Shown one piece after another: positions 27,765-37,576 of a stretch of 64,000 bases of DNA. A model generated the notes under the pieces. The model searched no databases. It saw only the letters and a list, made by a program, of their open reading frames with translations, and was not told the origin of the DNA. Numbering within the stretch: position 1 is the stretch's first letter; every line of letters starts with the position of its first letter. Origin of the DNA: Ignavibacteriota bacterium (GTDB taxonomy: Bacteria > Bacteroidota > Ignavibacteria > UBA10030 > UBA6906); the NCBI GenBank assembly GCA_963801355.1, contig CAWDEM010000008.1, forward strand, positions 1,152,001-1,216,000, read 5' to 3'. Both the position numbers and the translations under genes were made by a program.

Positions 27765-30700
27765 CTAACCGCGTTTTAGTTTCACCAATCTTGCCCTTGC
27801 GTCCGCCGGCTCCTTGTAGATCGGGTCGGCTTTCCCCCAGATTTTGAGAAACTTTTCGTGCTCGGTGACAGCTTTCTCCTTCATCCCCGCCTGTTCGTAG
27901 ACCAGTGCCAGCCGGTAGTGGTAGCGCGGGATGATCGGGAAGAAGGGTTCGACTTCATGGGAGACTGCTCTCTCGTATGCGGCGATGGCACTATCCAGGT
28001 TCCCCAGCGCGACATAGGCCCGGGGATAGGGATCCTGAGGGAGCGGAAGTACCCGAAACTGGACCGCGACCCCGCTTTTCAAGACGTCTGGTCGACTCGC
28101 CCCGTAATGCATCTGGCGTACTGCGGGCATAGCTTCCAACGCTTCAGCAGGACGACCACGTTTCAGGAGCAACTCTCCGCGTAGCAACCCTCCCAGCTCG
28201 GTGTAGTTTGCCTTCACGAAACCTACGCTACCCAGCGTTGAATCAGCAGACTTGTACGGAGAAGCCAGTTTGTCGATCAGCGACAGTCTCGACTCCACCG
28301 AATCGAGCTGCCCTGCCTTCATATCCATGAATCCAAGGAAGAAGTTGAGTTTGATTTGTCTTGCCGCAGTTAGCGCGGTATCAAGAGTAAAGGAGCGGCT
28401 TCTGGTCCACCATGAACGAAGAAGATCACGCGCTTCTTTCACTTTGTCCCGATCGCACAGAATCCACGGTTCGATAGGATCCACGGTTTGTTCGACTTTG
28501 TGATGTTCGTCTCTCAATCCCGCGCTGACCATCAGCTTTTGGGCAGCCCGCAGTTCTCCCTCCGCATCCTTGACTCTTCCCAACCAGAAGAGGTAATACG
28601 CCTTCGCACTCATCTGGTTGGCGCGAATCGCGGGTGCGGGAGAGATCACGATTGAACTGTCGACCCATCGGAGGGCTTCGCTGTAGTCTTCTCTATTGAA
28701 GCTGATCCTGGCGATGCTCATGGCTGACGAAACGAAATCCGGCTTCACCGCGAGCGATTGCTTGTACGCATCGATCGCCTCTGCTTCCTTACCGTTGTAC
28801 GTATATATATCTCCCATACTGTCATACGGATTGGCGTTGCCCGGGTGCGCAGACATGTATCTCTTCAGTGTCTCGATGGCCTTTGCGAGCTCGCCTTTGG
28901 CGTTGTATTCATACGCGAGCATGTTCAGGGCGCCCGCCGATCTGGGATCGAGCTCCAGTGTCTTCGTGTAGGCTGCGATTGCTTCGTCAGTGAGGCCTCG
29001 AGCCGAAAGTGAGAAACCGAGGACCTCCCAAAACTCCTTTTCTCTCGGAAACCGTTCCGTGGCATATCTGCTAAACTCCAGGTCGTCGATGGATCTTCCT
29101 CCCATCACCTCTCTCCTGGCAACCGTATCGTACATGGCGATCAAAAGTCTTTCCTTCTCTGTGGCTTTCAGGGCCAGTGATCTCACTTTCTTCCTGCATA
29201 ACTCTATTGCACTTTCGTCCCCCATTACCTCGCATGCCGTCTTCAGCCAGATCCACGCCATGACGAAATTAGAATCGTGCTTCACTGCCAGCTCGAGGCT
29301 TGGTCTGCCATGCACCCAGTCGGCATCGTCGGTTTTTTCCCGTGCGGCCAGGTAGATCTGGTAGGCCTCGGGCGAGCTTGTGGTCACATCCGCGATCGGT
29401 CGCAGCGTCTCTTCCGTAGTCTTGCGTCTGATCCCGAATCCATTTGAGATGTCTTTGCTCAGCTTATCGATCTGCGTGAGGAGGTAGCTCTCTACACCCT
29501 GACCATTTGCGGTGCACGTATTCAACGGTTGAAGCGTTGCAGTATTCACGAGCCTCGCCGTTGTTGCAAACAGGTCCCCTGCTTTCGTGTAACTCCCTTC
29601 CACAATCACCTCGGCTCCCTCCCTCCGGCACAACTCCAGCCCCAGCGAGTGATCTACCCGTTCTGTCCCCTGCTTCCCCATCTGTTTCAGAAGATCCGTG
29701 ATCCTCTGCCGGGTCACCACCCGGAAGTACTTCGACTGCTCAAGACTCGTGATCAGTTGATCCTGAATCGAGATCTGCAAGTTGTCAAGGTCACTACTCC
29801 CCGTCTGGTTTTCGAATGGGAGAATGAGGATCGTCTTAGGGTTCGAGGCAAGAGCACTCTCCTGCAGAACGGGGGAGAGGAGGAGATACGCGACAGCGGC
29901 AATCACCACAATAGCGGCTCCTATGCCGACCCTCACCAGTGTTCTTCGTCGCGCAGCCTTCTTCGCCAGTTGTCCAGCAAGCGTCACCCCGCCAGTCTCT
30001 TCGCCCCCCTTGACAGCTTCCAGATCTGCAAGCAACTCATCAGCCGTTTGGTACCTTGCCTCCGGCTCCTTTGCCAGAGCCTTCTGGACAATCTGCTCGA
30101 GTGATAGAGAGATACCGGGCCTGACCTGACCCGGTGGAGGTGGTTCCTGATTCAGAATGGCGTACAGGAGGGCTTGTTCATTTTCGAATTTGAATGGAGC
30201 GCGGCCGGTGAGCATCTCGTAGAGCACCACGCCCACAGACCAGAGGTCAGATCTCTGATCAACGGCCTCACTCCTGGCCTGCTCCGGTGACATATAGGCA
30301 GCCGTTCCCAGTGTGGTGCCAGTCCTTGTGAGGCGTGTCTGTCCGGCAAGCTTTGCCAGTCCGAAGTCAAGAACCTTCACCTCGCCCCGTTTGGTGAGCA
30401 TGATATTGGCCGGTTTGATATCCCGGTGAATGATGCCGGCCTCGTGGGCACGCGAAAGCCCTCGACAGATCTGCACTGCAATATCGATGGCACGGTCGAC
30501 GCTCAGAGGGCCATGCTCGAGCGCATCCTTGAGCGTTTCACCCTCATAGAAATCCATGCAAATGAACAACTGGTCGTCGGTAGTCTCGCCAATGTCGTGG
30601 ATGGTGCAGAGATTGGCGTGCTGCAGTGCGGAGGCAGCCTGTGCTTCGTGCAGGAGCCGTTGCTTCGCCTCAGGGTCCAGTGTAAACTCTGGAGGGAGAA

Positions 30701-30824
30701 ACTTGAGGGCGACAGTACGCTTGAGTGCGGTGTCCTCGGCCTTATAGACCACGCCCATTCCGCCACCGCCCAACCTCTCGATGATCCTGTAATGCGAGAT
30801 CACCTGGCCGATTCTGACACTCAT
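27765..30824 (-). CDS. Receptor-like Ser/Thr kinase (kinase-TM-TolB-like-TPR)
   Basis: HRDIKPAN, DFGLAK, YMSPEQ; TM helix VGIGAAIVVIAAVAYLLL; ILILPFENQTG; TPRs; conserved tail. Confidence 0.92.
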   Translation of the reverse strand: MSVRIGQVISHYRIIERLGGGGMGVVYKAEDTALKRTVALKFLPPEFTLDPEAKQRLLHEAQAASALQHANLCTIHDIGETTDDQLFICMDFYEGETLKDALEHGPLSVDRAIDIAVQICRGLSRAHEAGIIHRDIKPANIMLTKRGEVKVLDFGLAKLAGQTRLTRTGTTLGTAAYMSPEQARSEAVDQRSDLWSVGVVLYEMLTGRAPFKFENEQALLYAILNQEPPPPGQVRPGISLSLEQIVQKALAKEPEARYQTADELLADLEAVKGGEETGGVTLAGQLAKKAARRRTLVRVGIGAAIVVIAAVAYLLLSPVLQESALASNPKTILILPFENQTGSSDLDNLQISIQDQLITSLEQSKYFRVVTRQRITDLLKQMGKQGTERVDHSLGLELCRREGAEVIVEGSYTKAGDLFATTARLVNTATLQPLNTCTANGQGVESYLLTQIDKLSKDISNGFGIRRKTTEETLRPIADVTTSSPEAYQIYLAAREKTDDADWVHGRPSLELAVKHDSNFVMAWIWLKTACEVMGDESAIELCRKKVRSLALKATEKERLLIAMYDTVARREVMGGRSIDDLEFSRYATERFPREKEFWEVLGFSLSARGLTDEAIAAYTKTLELDPRSAGALNMLAYEYNAKGELAKAIETLKRYMSAHPGNANPYDSMGDIYTYNGKEAEAIDAYKQSLAVKPDFVSSAMSIARISFNREDYSEALRWVDSSIVISPAPAIRANQMSAKAYYLFWLGRVKDAEGELRAAQKLMVSAGLRDEHHKVEQTVDPIEPWILCDRDKVKEARDLLRSWWTRSRSFTLDTALTAARQIKLNFFLGFMDMKAGQLDSVESRLSLIDKLASPYKSADSTLGSVGFVKANYTELGGLLRGELLLKRGRPAEALEAMPAVRQMHYGASRPDVLKSGVAVQFRVLPLPQDPYPRAYVALGNLDSAIAAYERAVSHEVEPFFPIIPRYHYRLALVYEQAGMKEKAVTEHEKFLKIWGKADPIYKEPADARARLVKLKRG

Positions 30825-30868
30825 CAGGGGATCCTCTCAGGCTGATTCGATCCACAGTAATCGATCAA

Positions 30869-30888
30869 CGATCCACAATTGTGGATCG
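30869..30888. repeat. Perfect 20-bp palindrome upstream of a kinase gene
   Basis: CGATCCACAATTGTGGATCG, with an extra half-site CGATCCACA at 30848-30856. Confidence 0.7.
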
Positions 30889-30987
30889 CTTCGTGCAGGA
30901 TTGTTGAGCCCATCGTGGTTAGTCTTTTTCCCATCGTCGAAGCTGCCATACTTCTCCCGCTATCCGACGTGAGTCTTTTCTTGCTCT

Positions 30988-33900
30988 CTATAAGCGCCTC
31001 AATCTGGCCAGCCTTGCCCTCGCATCCGCCGGCTCCTTGTAGATTGGGTCGGCCTTCCTCCAGATCTTCAGGAACTTCTCATATTCGGCGATGGCTTTTG
31101 TGTTCAACCCTTTCCGTTCGTACACCTGGGCCAGTCGGTAGTGGTAACGGGGGAAGATCGGCCAGTCACAGAGCGAATGGTCGACCGCCCTTTCGTACGC
31201 TGCCACAGAGCTGTCGAGCTGACCCAGGGCAAGGTATGCCCGGGGCAATTGGTCGACCATGATAGGCATGAAGAACCCATGTGGGCGGACCTCTTGAACG
31301 CCGGGGAAGAACGCCCATCCCAACGCCCAGACAGGCCCGCTCGCGAGGTCGCGAGGATCATCTCTTGGTCTAGCGGCCACTGCTTCCTGGATGCGACCAG
31401 CTGTCATGAGCCATTCACTCCGCAACCGGAGGCTGTACTTTTGGTAGTACGAAATGATGAGCCTGGCTGGATTCGTCGTGTCGGCCGGGGGGATCTGTGC
31501 ACGTATGCTATCCATTCCTGCAAGATGGGTGGCGGCGGAATCCATCCTCCCTTCTCCGATATCAATGAAGCCGCGGCATATCTGAACAAACAACTCCCGG
31601 GTACGACGATTTCCTCTACGACCCCGTTGTTCATAATAGGCTGCCCACGAATCGAGTGCGCGCCGGCTCTGGGCGAATTGTCGCCGTTCGTAGGCAATCC
31701 AAATGTCGAGGAAGTTGAGCCCATATTCGACGTGCTGACCGGCTCTGACCAGTATCGCATCGTGCTTCGCGAGCAATCTCTCCGCTTCGTTCAGCCTCCC
31801 CCGCCAGAAGGCGACGAGGGCGCGTTCCCACATCTGGCCTGCCTGATTTCCGGGACCCGTGCCCCTGGCGGCGGAGGTGTCCACCCACTGAAGTGCGGTA
31901 TCGTACTCTTCCTTTGTGAAATGGTACCACATGATCTTCTCCGCTGACACAAACCAGTTGGGTTTCACCGCCAGAGCTTGTTTGTAACTCGATATTGCCT
32001 CATCATACATTCGTCTTTCCGCATAAATATCACCCATCGAGTCATACACGTTCGCTTCACCCGGTGAGGCGATTGCATAGCGCTTGAGCATCTCGATCGA
32101 CTTGTCCCACTCCCCCTTGTCCGCATACATGTATGGAAGGTTGGCCAATGCCAGTCCGTACGTGGGATCAAGCTCCAGAGCATTTTTGAGGATAGCAATT
32201 GCCTCGTCGATGTCGATTTTCCAGAGGAGCATTGCCAGACGCCAGAGGAATTCTTTGTCCTGCGGAAATCGTCGCACGCAAAGCCTGGCAAACTCCAGGT
32301 CAGTAAGGCCGGGCAATCCCAGCAGTCTAGCGCGCACCGAGCTGTCGGCATACTCGGCTATGTGGTATCTTTCCGTCTCGCTCGCCCTCCCTGCCAGAGA
32401 TATAGCCCTATTGGAAGCCTCCTTGGCAGCCCTCGGGTCTTCGCTGAGCACCCCCACCGCCCACCAAGCTATGGCAAAGAGGGAGTCCTTTTGCACTGCC
32501 ATCTCCATGAAATGACGCGTGTCAGCGATGTGGAACTTCTCCCACTCCTGCATACCGCGCAAGTAGAGTTGATACGCTTCCATGGAGGTCGTGGTGATCT
32601 CTGCCACCGGCCGGATCGTCTCTTCAGTCCGCCGTTCTGATACACCGATTCCCCGGGAGACTTCCCGGCTGAGATCATCGATCTGGTTCTCCAGAAGGCT
32701 CTCCACACCTTTCCCGCTGGTAGCATACGTCTTCGCCGTCTCCAGCGTGTTGACATCCACGAGCTTGAGAGTTGTCCGGTACAACTCCCCGGCACTGGCA
32801 AATGTCCCCACCGCCATCAGCTGGGCACCTTCCCTCCGACAGATTTCCAGACCAAGCTCGTTGTCCACGTACTCCACATCCTTCTTCCCCATCTGCTTCA
32901 ATATGTCTCTCATCCGCTGCCGTGTTGTGACACGGATGTACTTCGACTGCTCCAGGCTGGTAATGATGGCATCCTGAAGAACATTCCGGATATGATCCTG
33001 GGATTTGTCTCCTGTCTGGTTCTCGAAGCTTATGACGGCGATCGTCTTGGGATTGGAGGCCAGGAGTTGATCCTGCACGATGGGCCAGATGACAAACAGA
33101 GCCAGGAGAATCAAAGCCACGGCTGCAAGCGAGATGATGCACTGTTTGATGAATCGTCTTCGCTTCTTTTTCTGTACGGCCTCCGCGGCGGCAATCGTCC
33201 CCCCGGTCTCATCCACTCCCCGTGCCACACGAAGATCGGAGAGGAGTTGTTGCGCGGACTGATACCGCTCTTGCGGGTTCTTTGCCAGGGCCTTCCCGAC
33301 AATCTGCTCCAACGACTCGGGCGCTTCTGTGCGCAGCTCCCGCAGCGGCTTAGGCTCCTCGTTGAGGATCGAATAGACCAGCGCTTGTTCGTAGTCGCTC
33401 TCAAATGGTCTCTTGCCCGTGAGCATCTCGTAGAGTGTCACGCCAAGCGACCAGATGTCGGTGCGGCTATCCAATGCCTCGCTCCGCGCCTGCTCCGGCG
33501 ACATGTAGGCCGCAGTCCCCATCGTTGTCCCGGTCTTGGTCAGCAGTGTCCGACCGGAAAGCTTGGCCAGACCGAAGTCCAGGATCTTCACCTCGTCGTG
33601 TGCCGTGAGTATGATGTTGGCGGGTTTGATGTCACGGTGGACAATCCCCGCCTCATGGGCACGGGAAAGTCCCGAGGCAACCTGGATGGCAATGTCCATC
33701 GCCTGATCGATCTCCAGGGGTCCCCGCTCGATCTTCCTCTTCAGAGTCTCCCCATCATAGCAGGCCATTGCAATGAAGAGCTGCCCATCGGCCGTTTCAC
33801 CGATCTCATGAATGTTGCAGATATTGGGGTGGTCAAGTGCCGAAGCGGCTTGGGCTTCGTGGCCGAACCGTTCTTTGGCGTCGGGATCGGTGTTGAGGGA

Positions 33901-34032
33901 AGGAGGGAGGAACTTCAGGGCGACAGGGCGGTCGAGCGTGAGGTCCTGGGCCTTGTAGACCACGCCCATTCCGCCGCCGCCGAGGCGCTCGATGATCTTG
34001 TAGTGGGAGATCGTCTGACCGATGAGCATCAT
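30988..34032 (-). CDS. Receptor-like Ser/Thr kinase (kinase-TM-TolB-like-TPR)
   Basis: Intact kinase motifs; KKKRRR then TM helix; IAVISFENQTG; TPRs; conserved tail. Confidence 0.92.
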   Translation of the reverse strand: MMLIGQTISHYKIIERLGGGGMGVVYKAQDLTLDRPVALKFLPPSLNTDPDAKERFGHEAQAASALDHPNICNIHEIGETADGQLFIAMACYDGETLKRKIERGPLEIDQAMDIAIQVASGLSRAHEAGIVHRDIKPANIILTAHDEVKILDFGLAKLSGRTLLTKTGTTMGTAAYMSPEQARSEALDSRTDIWSLGVTLYEMLTGKRPFESDYEQALVYSILNEEPKPLRELRTEAPESLEQIVGKALAKNPQERYQSAQQLLSDLRVARGVDETGGTIAAAEAVQKKKRRRFIKQCIISLAAVALILLALFVIWPIVQDQLLASNPKTIAVISFENQTGDKSQDHIRNVLQDAIITSLEQSKYIRVTTRQRMRDILKQMGKKDVEYVDNELGLEICRREGAQLMAVGTFASAGELYRTTLKLVDVNTLETAKTYATSGKGVESLLENQIDDLSREVSRGIGVSERRTEETIRPVAEITTTSMEAYQLYLRGMQEWEKFHIADTRHFMEMAVQKDSLFAIAWWAVGVLSEDPRAAKEASNRAISLAGRASETERYHIAEYADSSVRARLLGLPGLTDLEFARLCVRRFPQDKEFLWRLAMLLWKIDIDEAIAILKNALELDPTYGLALANLPYMYADKGEWDKSIEMLKRYAIASPGEANVYDSMGDIYAERRMYDEAISSYKQALAVKPNWFVSAEKIMWYHFTKEEYDTALQWVDTSAARGTGPGNQAGQMWERALVAFWRGRLNEAERLLAKHDAILVRAGQHVEYGLNFLDIWIAYERRQFAQSRRALDSWAAYYEQRGRRGNRRTRELFVQICRGFIDIGEGRMDSAATHLAGMDSIRAQIPPADTTNPARLIISYYQKYSLRLRSEWLMTAGRIQEAVAARPRDDPRDLASGPVWALGWAFFPGVQEVRPHGFFMPIMVDQLPRAYLALGQLDSSVAAYERAVDHSLCDWPIFPRYHYRLAQVYERKGLNTKAIAEYEKFLKIWRKADPIYKEPADARARLARLRRL

Positions 34033-34183
34033 TTGTGGAAGTGTCAGACTGTTCCGAAAGACTCTCTGACAGAATGCGGAACATGACAGCCCACGTTCGA
34101 GGAGGGAGTGCAGATGGAGTCAAGGATCAGGTGCGCTTCCAGGTCTGACGCGGGAAGCCCCGCATTCGACCCTCTTTAAGGTT

Positions 34184-34260
34184 GGCGGAAATATACGCTA
34201 AAGAATGTCAAATGTATGTAGACAAATGCTGAAAGTTCGTGTAGGAATTTTCCTACACGA
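34184..34260 (-). promoter_or_regulatory. Promoter module with TGTAGG-N6-CCTACA palindrome
   Basis: TCGTGTAGGAA-TT-TTCCTACACGA (34237-34260), a second half-site 23 bp away, and TATATT -10 on the minus strand. Homologous to 51546-51665. Confidence 0.7.
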
Positions 34261-34270
34261 TTTCACCTCA

Positions 34271-34297
34271 TAGAAAGGTCGTTTGAAGCCCTTTCTA
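34271..34297. terminator. Hairpin, possible terminator after the 34422 kinase
   Basis: TAGAAAGG...CCTTTCTA inverted repeat; no clear U tract. Confidence 0.4.
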
Positions 34298-34338
34298 CCT
34301 CATTTCCCCTCCTTTTTCACTCCCCCAGAAACCCAACA

Positions 34339-34412
34339 TCAAATCGTTTCCTGTTCTCCATCCTGGAGAAGGCCAACTCGCTGACCGAGCGTGTTGAGAA
34401 CTGACAACTGAC
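34339..34412 (-). pseudogene. Orphan fragment of a T9SS CTD coding sequence
   Basis: Translates as QLSVLNTLGQRVGLLQDGEQETI*, matching 'TVFNTLGQQVALLQDGGQEAG' in intact CTDs of this window. Confidence 0.7.
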
Positions 34413-34421
34413 CGCCGACTT

Positions 34422-37400
34422 CTATCCTCGTTTCAACTTGGCCAATCTCGCCCTTGCATCCGCCGGCTCCTTGTAGATCGGGTCGGCCTTTCCCCAGATC
34501 TTCAGAAATTTCGTGTACTTCTCGATCGCCTTCTCCTTCATCCCTTTCTGTTCGTACAGGTTGGCGAGACAATAGTAGTATCGGGGGATGATGGGACACA
34601 GGTAATCGATCTTCTTGTCCACAGCCCATTCGTACGCGATGATGGCGCTGTCGAGCATCCTACGCTGCAGAAAGGCCTGCGGCACAATGTCGGAGGGTGC
34701 GGGCACCCAGAACGCCTGCATGTTAAGCGGCCTTGGACCGTCCCAGGGGTGGCCAGGTCTGCTCGCCAAGCCGTGCGACCGTTCGAGTTCTGTCGGCCAG
34801 CTCAGGCATCCCTCACCCCAGTTTGCATCGATCTCTCCAGGTCGTCCTGCAGCAAGAAGGTATCCCGCTCTCAATGCCTTCCCGTAGAAGTTGAACTGCA
34901 GTGGAATCTCGATGGAATCAGTAAAACCTCTGGCCAGCTTGGCCGTCGATCCCATTTCTGCAAGGCGGGCTTCGACAGAATCCATCTTCCCCTGCTTCAG
35001 ATCGACAAGTCCCAAGCAGTACTCCACGAACATTCTGTTCATCGGGGCTTCTTCCGTGGGGGGATACTTTTGCGCCCATCTCTGCAACAGGGTCCGGGCT
35101 TTGTCCCAAGCCCCGCGCTCGTATGCAATCCAGGCCTCCAGCCAATGCACGTCTGGGGACTTTTCCAAGCCGCGAAGTTCCCTTTCAGCTTCGTTCATCC
35201 GTCCCAGCCACACAAGGGTGTAGGCTCGCCACCAGGGATCTCGGACCCGATCAAACCAGGCAATCGCCTCATCGTACTCTTCCTTCAGGAAATGGAGTTG
35301 ACCGATCGTTGCATCTACGCCACGGATGCGTTTGGGATCCACCTCGGACGCTCTCTCAAACTGAGCAATGGATTCATCAAACCTTCCTGCGTACCAGAGA
35401 CATTCTCCCATGGTGTCGAAAGGTTCTGCTTCTCCCGGGGCGTAAAGGGAGTACTGCCTGCATGCTTCGATCGCCTTCTCGATCTGGTTGGACCACAGAT
35501 ACGCATACGCCAGCAAATTCCAGGACTGAAGGATCACGGGAGCTGCTGCAGTGAAATGTTCGGCGGCTTCGGTGAAGCGCCGCCGGAACAGCAACAAAAA
35601 GCCTAGGTTTTGGTGAGCCCATGCATCGTCGGGGAATCTCTGCAAGCATGTCTGCCAATACGCAATCCAGTTCGTCTTCACAGGTTCTCCTATGAGCTTC
35701 GCCTGAAGTATCGGATCGTACGGGGCAATATGCCATTGCTCCCGTTCCGATGCTCGAGATGCGTACTGGACCGCTCGCTGGATCGCCGGTTGTATGCCGC
35801 TCGTGTCTCCTGAGTCAAACTTTGCGACATAGTGGCGTGCCCAGGAGAGGAAGCGCCATCCAGAGGCGAACGTTGAATCGTATTTGACGGCCAGCGCGAA
35901 ATTGCGTTCTGCTTCTCTATAGTGCAGCCTCGCATACTCGTACTCTCCGCGCACATAAAAATTGTAGGCGTCTGTCGAACTCGTTGTCACCTGCTGGACA
36001 GGCTTCAATGACGCCCCCGTGCTCCACCGGGATACGCCAAGACCTCGGGAGATCTGCTTTGCGAGTTCATCGACTTGCGTCATCAGGATACTTTCCACAC
36101 CGTGACCATTTGCGCGGAGCGATTGCATCAACGGCGCTCCGTTATTCACATCGACGACCTGGACGTTGGTCAGAAACAAATTTCCCGCCTTCGTAAACGT
36201 TCCCACGCCGAGCGCGTGAACGCCAGCCCTGCGACAGAGCTCAAGGCCGGTCTCCTTGTCGATGAAATCGAGATTTCCTTTCCCCATCCCTGTCAAGAGC
36301 CCGCGAATCCGGTCCCATGTCATCACCCGGAAGAATTTCGATTCGTCCAGACTTGCGGTCAGGAGACTGGGGATTGAGGTCTGCAGATTGTCATATGACC
36401 TGTCACCTGTCTGGTTCTCAAAGCTCATGAAGGCGATCGTCACCGGGTTCGATGCGATGGCTTGATCCTGAAAAAGCGGCGCCAGGATGAATGCGCCTGC
36501 GACGAGCACGAGAATTACAGCTCCGGCGACGGCGAATCCGCGGACGTGCCTCTTCCTTCTCTTTCTTTCCATCGCCTCCGCGACTGCAATCGTGCCGCCT
36601 GTGTCCGCTGTACCGCGGGTGATTTTCAGATCCGACAACAGCTCATTGACCTTTTGATAGCGTTCCTCTGGGTTCCTGGCGAGGGCTTTGGTAACGATCT
36701 GATCAACGACTTCGGGGATTTCGCTTCTCAACGACCTGGCCGGCTTTAGCTCTTCATTCAATATCGAATACACAAGGGCTTGCTCGTAGTCGCTCTTGAA
36801 GGGGAGTTGCCCGGTGAGCATCTCATACAGCACAACCCCCAGCGACCAGATGTCCGTCCTGTGATCGACGGGCTCGCCCCGTGCCTGCTCGGGGGACATG
36901 TAGGCCGCTGTGCCCATAGTACTCCCGGTCTTTGTCAGCATCGACTGCCCGGAAAGCTTGGCCAGACCAAAATCGAGTATCTTGACCTCGCTATGGTTCG
37001 TGATGAAGATGTTCGCCGGTTTGATGTCGCGGTGAACGATGCCCGCCTCATGGGCTCGCGCCAATCCCTCAGCGATCTGGATCGCGATATCCAGTGCGAG
37101 ATCAATGTCCAGAAAACCCTGTTCTATGGTCTTCTTCAGTGTCTGGCCTTCATAGCAGGCCATGACGATGAACATCTGACCGTCGTCGGTGTCGCCGATT
37201 TCGTGGATGGTGCAGATGTTGGAGTGGTCCAGGGCCGAGGCAGCGCGGGCTTCGTGGATGAAGCGTTCTTGCGCTCCGGGGTCAAGGGTGAGAGTAGGAG
37301 GGAGGAACTTTAGTGCGACGGTTCGTTTGAGTGTGGTATCCTCGGCCTTGTAGACGACTCCCATGCCGCCTTCGCCGAGCTTTTCGAGGATCTTGTAGTG

Positions 37401-37430
37401 GGATAGTGTATTGCCGATGAGGGATGCCAC
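34422..37430 (-). CDS. Receptor-like Ser/Thr kinase (kinase-TM-TolB-like-TPR)
   Basis: GTG start with GGAGGAG RBS; intact kinase motifs; RKRRKR then TM helix; TPRs; conserved tail. Confidence 0.92.
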   Translation of the reverse strand: MASLIGNTLSHYKILEKLGEGGMGVVYKAEDTTLKRTVALKFLPPTLTLDPGAQERFIHEARAASALDHSNICTIHEIGDTDDGQMFIVMACYEGQTLKKTIEQGFLDIDLALDIAIQIAEGLARAHEAGIVHRDIKPANIFITNHSEVKILDFGLAKLSGQSMLTKTGSTMGTAAYMSPEQARGEPVDHRTDIWSLGVVLYEMLTGQLPFKSDYEQALVYSILNEELKPARSLRSEIPEVVDQIVTKALARNPEERYQKVNELLSDLKITRGTADTGGTIAVAEAMERKRRKRHVRGFAVAGAVILVLVAGAFILAPLFQDQAIASNPVTIAFMSFENQTGDRSYDNLQTSIPSLLTASLDESKFFRVMTWDRIRGLLTGMGKGNLDFIDKETGLELCRRAGVHALGVGTFTKAGNLFLTNVQVVDVNNGAPLMQSLRANGHGVESILMTQVDELAKQISRGLGVSRWSTGASLKPVQQVTTSSTDAYNFYVRGEYEYARLHYREAERNFALAVKYDSTFASGWRFLSWARHYVAKFDSGDTSGIQPAIQRAVQYASRASEREQWHIAPYDPILQAKLIGEPVKTNWIAYWQTCLQRFPDDAWAHQNLGFLLLFRRRFTEAAEHFTAAAPVILQSWNLLAYAYLWSNQIEKAIEACRQYSLYAPGEAEPFDTMGECLWYAGRFDESIAQFERASEVDPKRIRGVDATIGQLHFLKEEYDEAIAWFDRVRDPWWRAYTLVWLGRMNEAERELRGLEKSPDVHWLEAWIAYERGAWDKARTLLQRWAQKYPPTEEAPMNRMFVEYCLGLVDLKQGKMDSVEARLAEMGSTAKLARGFTDSIEIPLQFNFYGKALRAGYLLAAGRPGEIDANWGEGCLSWPTELERSHGLASRPGHPWDGPRPLNMQAFWVPAPSDIVPQAFLQRRMLDSAIIAYEWAVDKKIDYLCPIIPRYYYCLANLYEQKGMKEKAIEKYTKFLKIWGKADPIYKEPADARARLAKLKRG

Positions 37431-37576
37431 GGCAGCTCCTCCCCTCCGGGATGTGTGTGCCGGCAACATACGCCGGAGAAGGGGAAAATGCAAGGGTGTC
37501 TGATTTGTAGATTACGCGATTGTACCTCATCCGAAAATCACACAACTGCTTCGTAAATTTCGAGAACAACTCGCCG

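Noticed and set aside
11000-37500. Long plus-strand ORFs (e.g. 12094-13053, 16396-17358, 32992-34086)
   Set aside because: Antisense shadows of GC-rich kinase genes; their mutual similarity just mirrors the paralogy.
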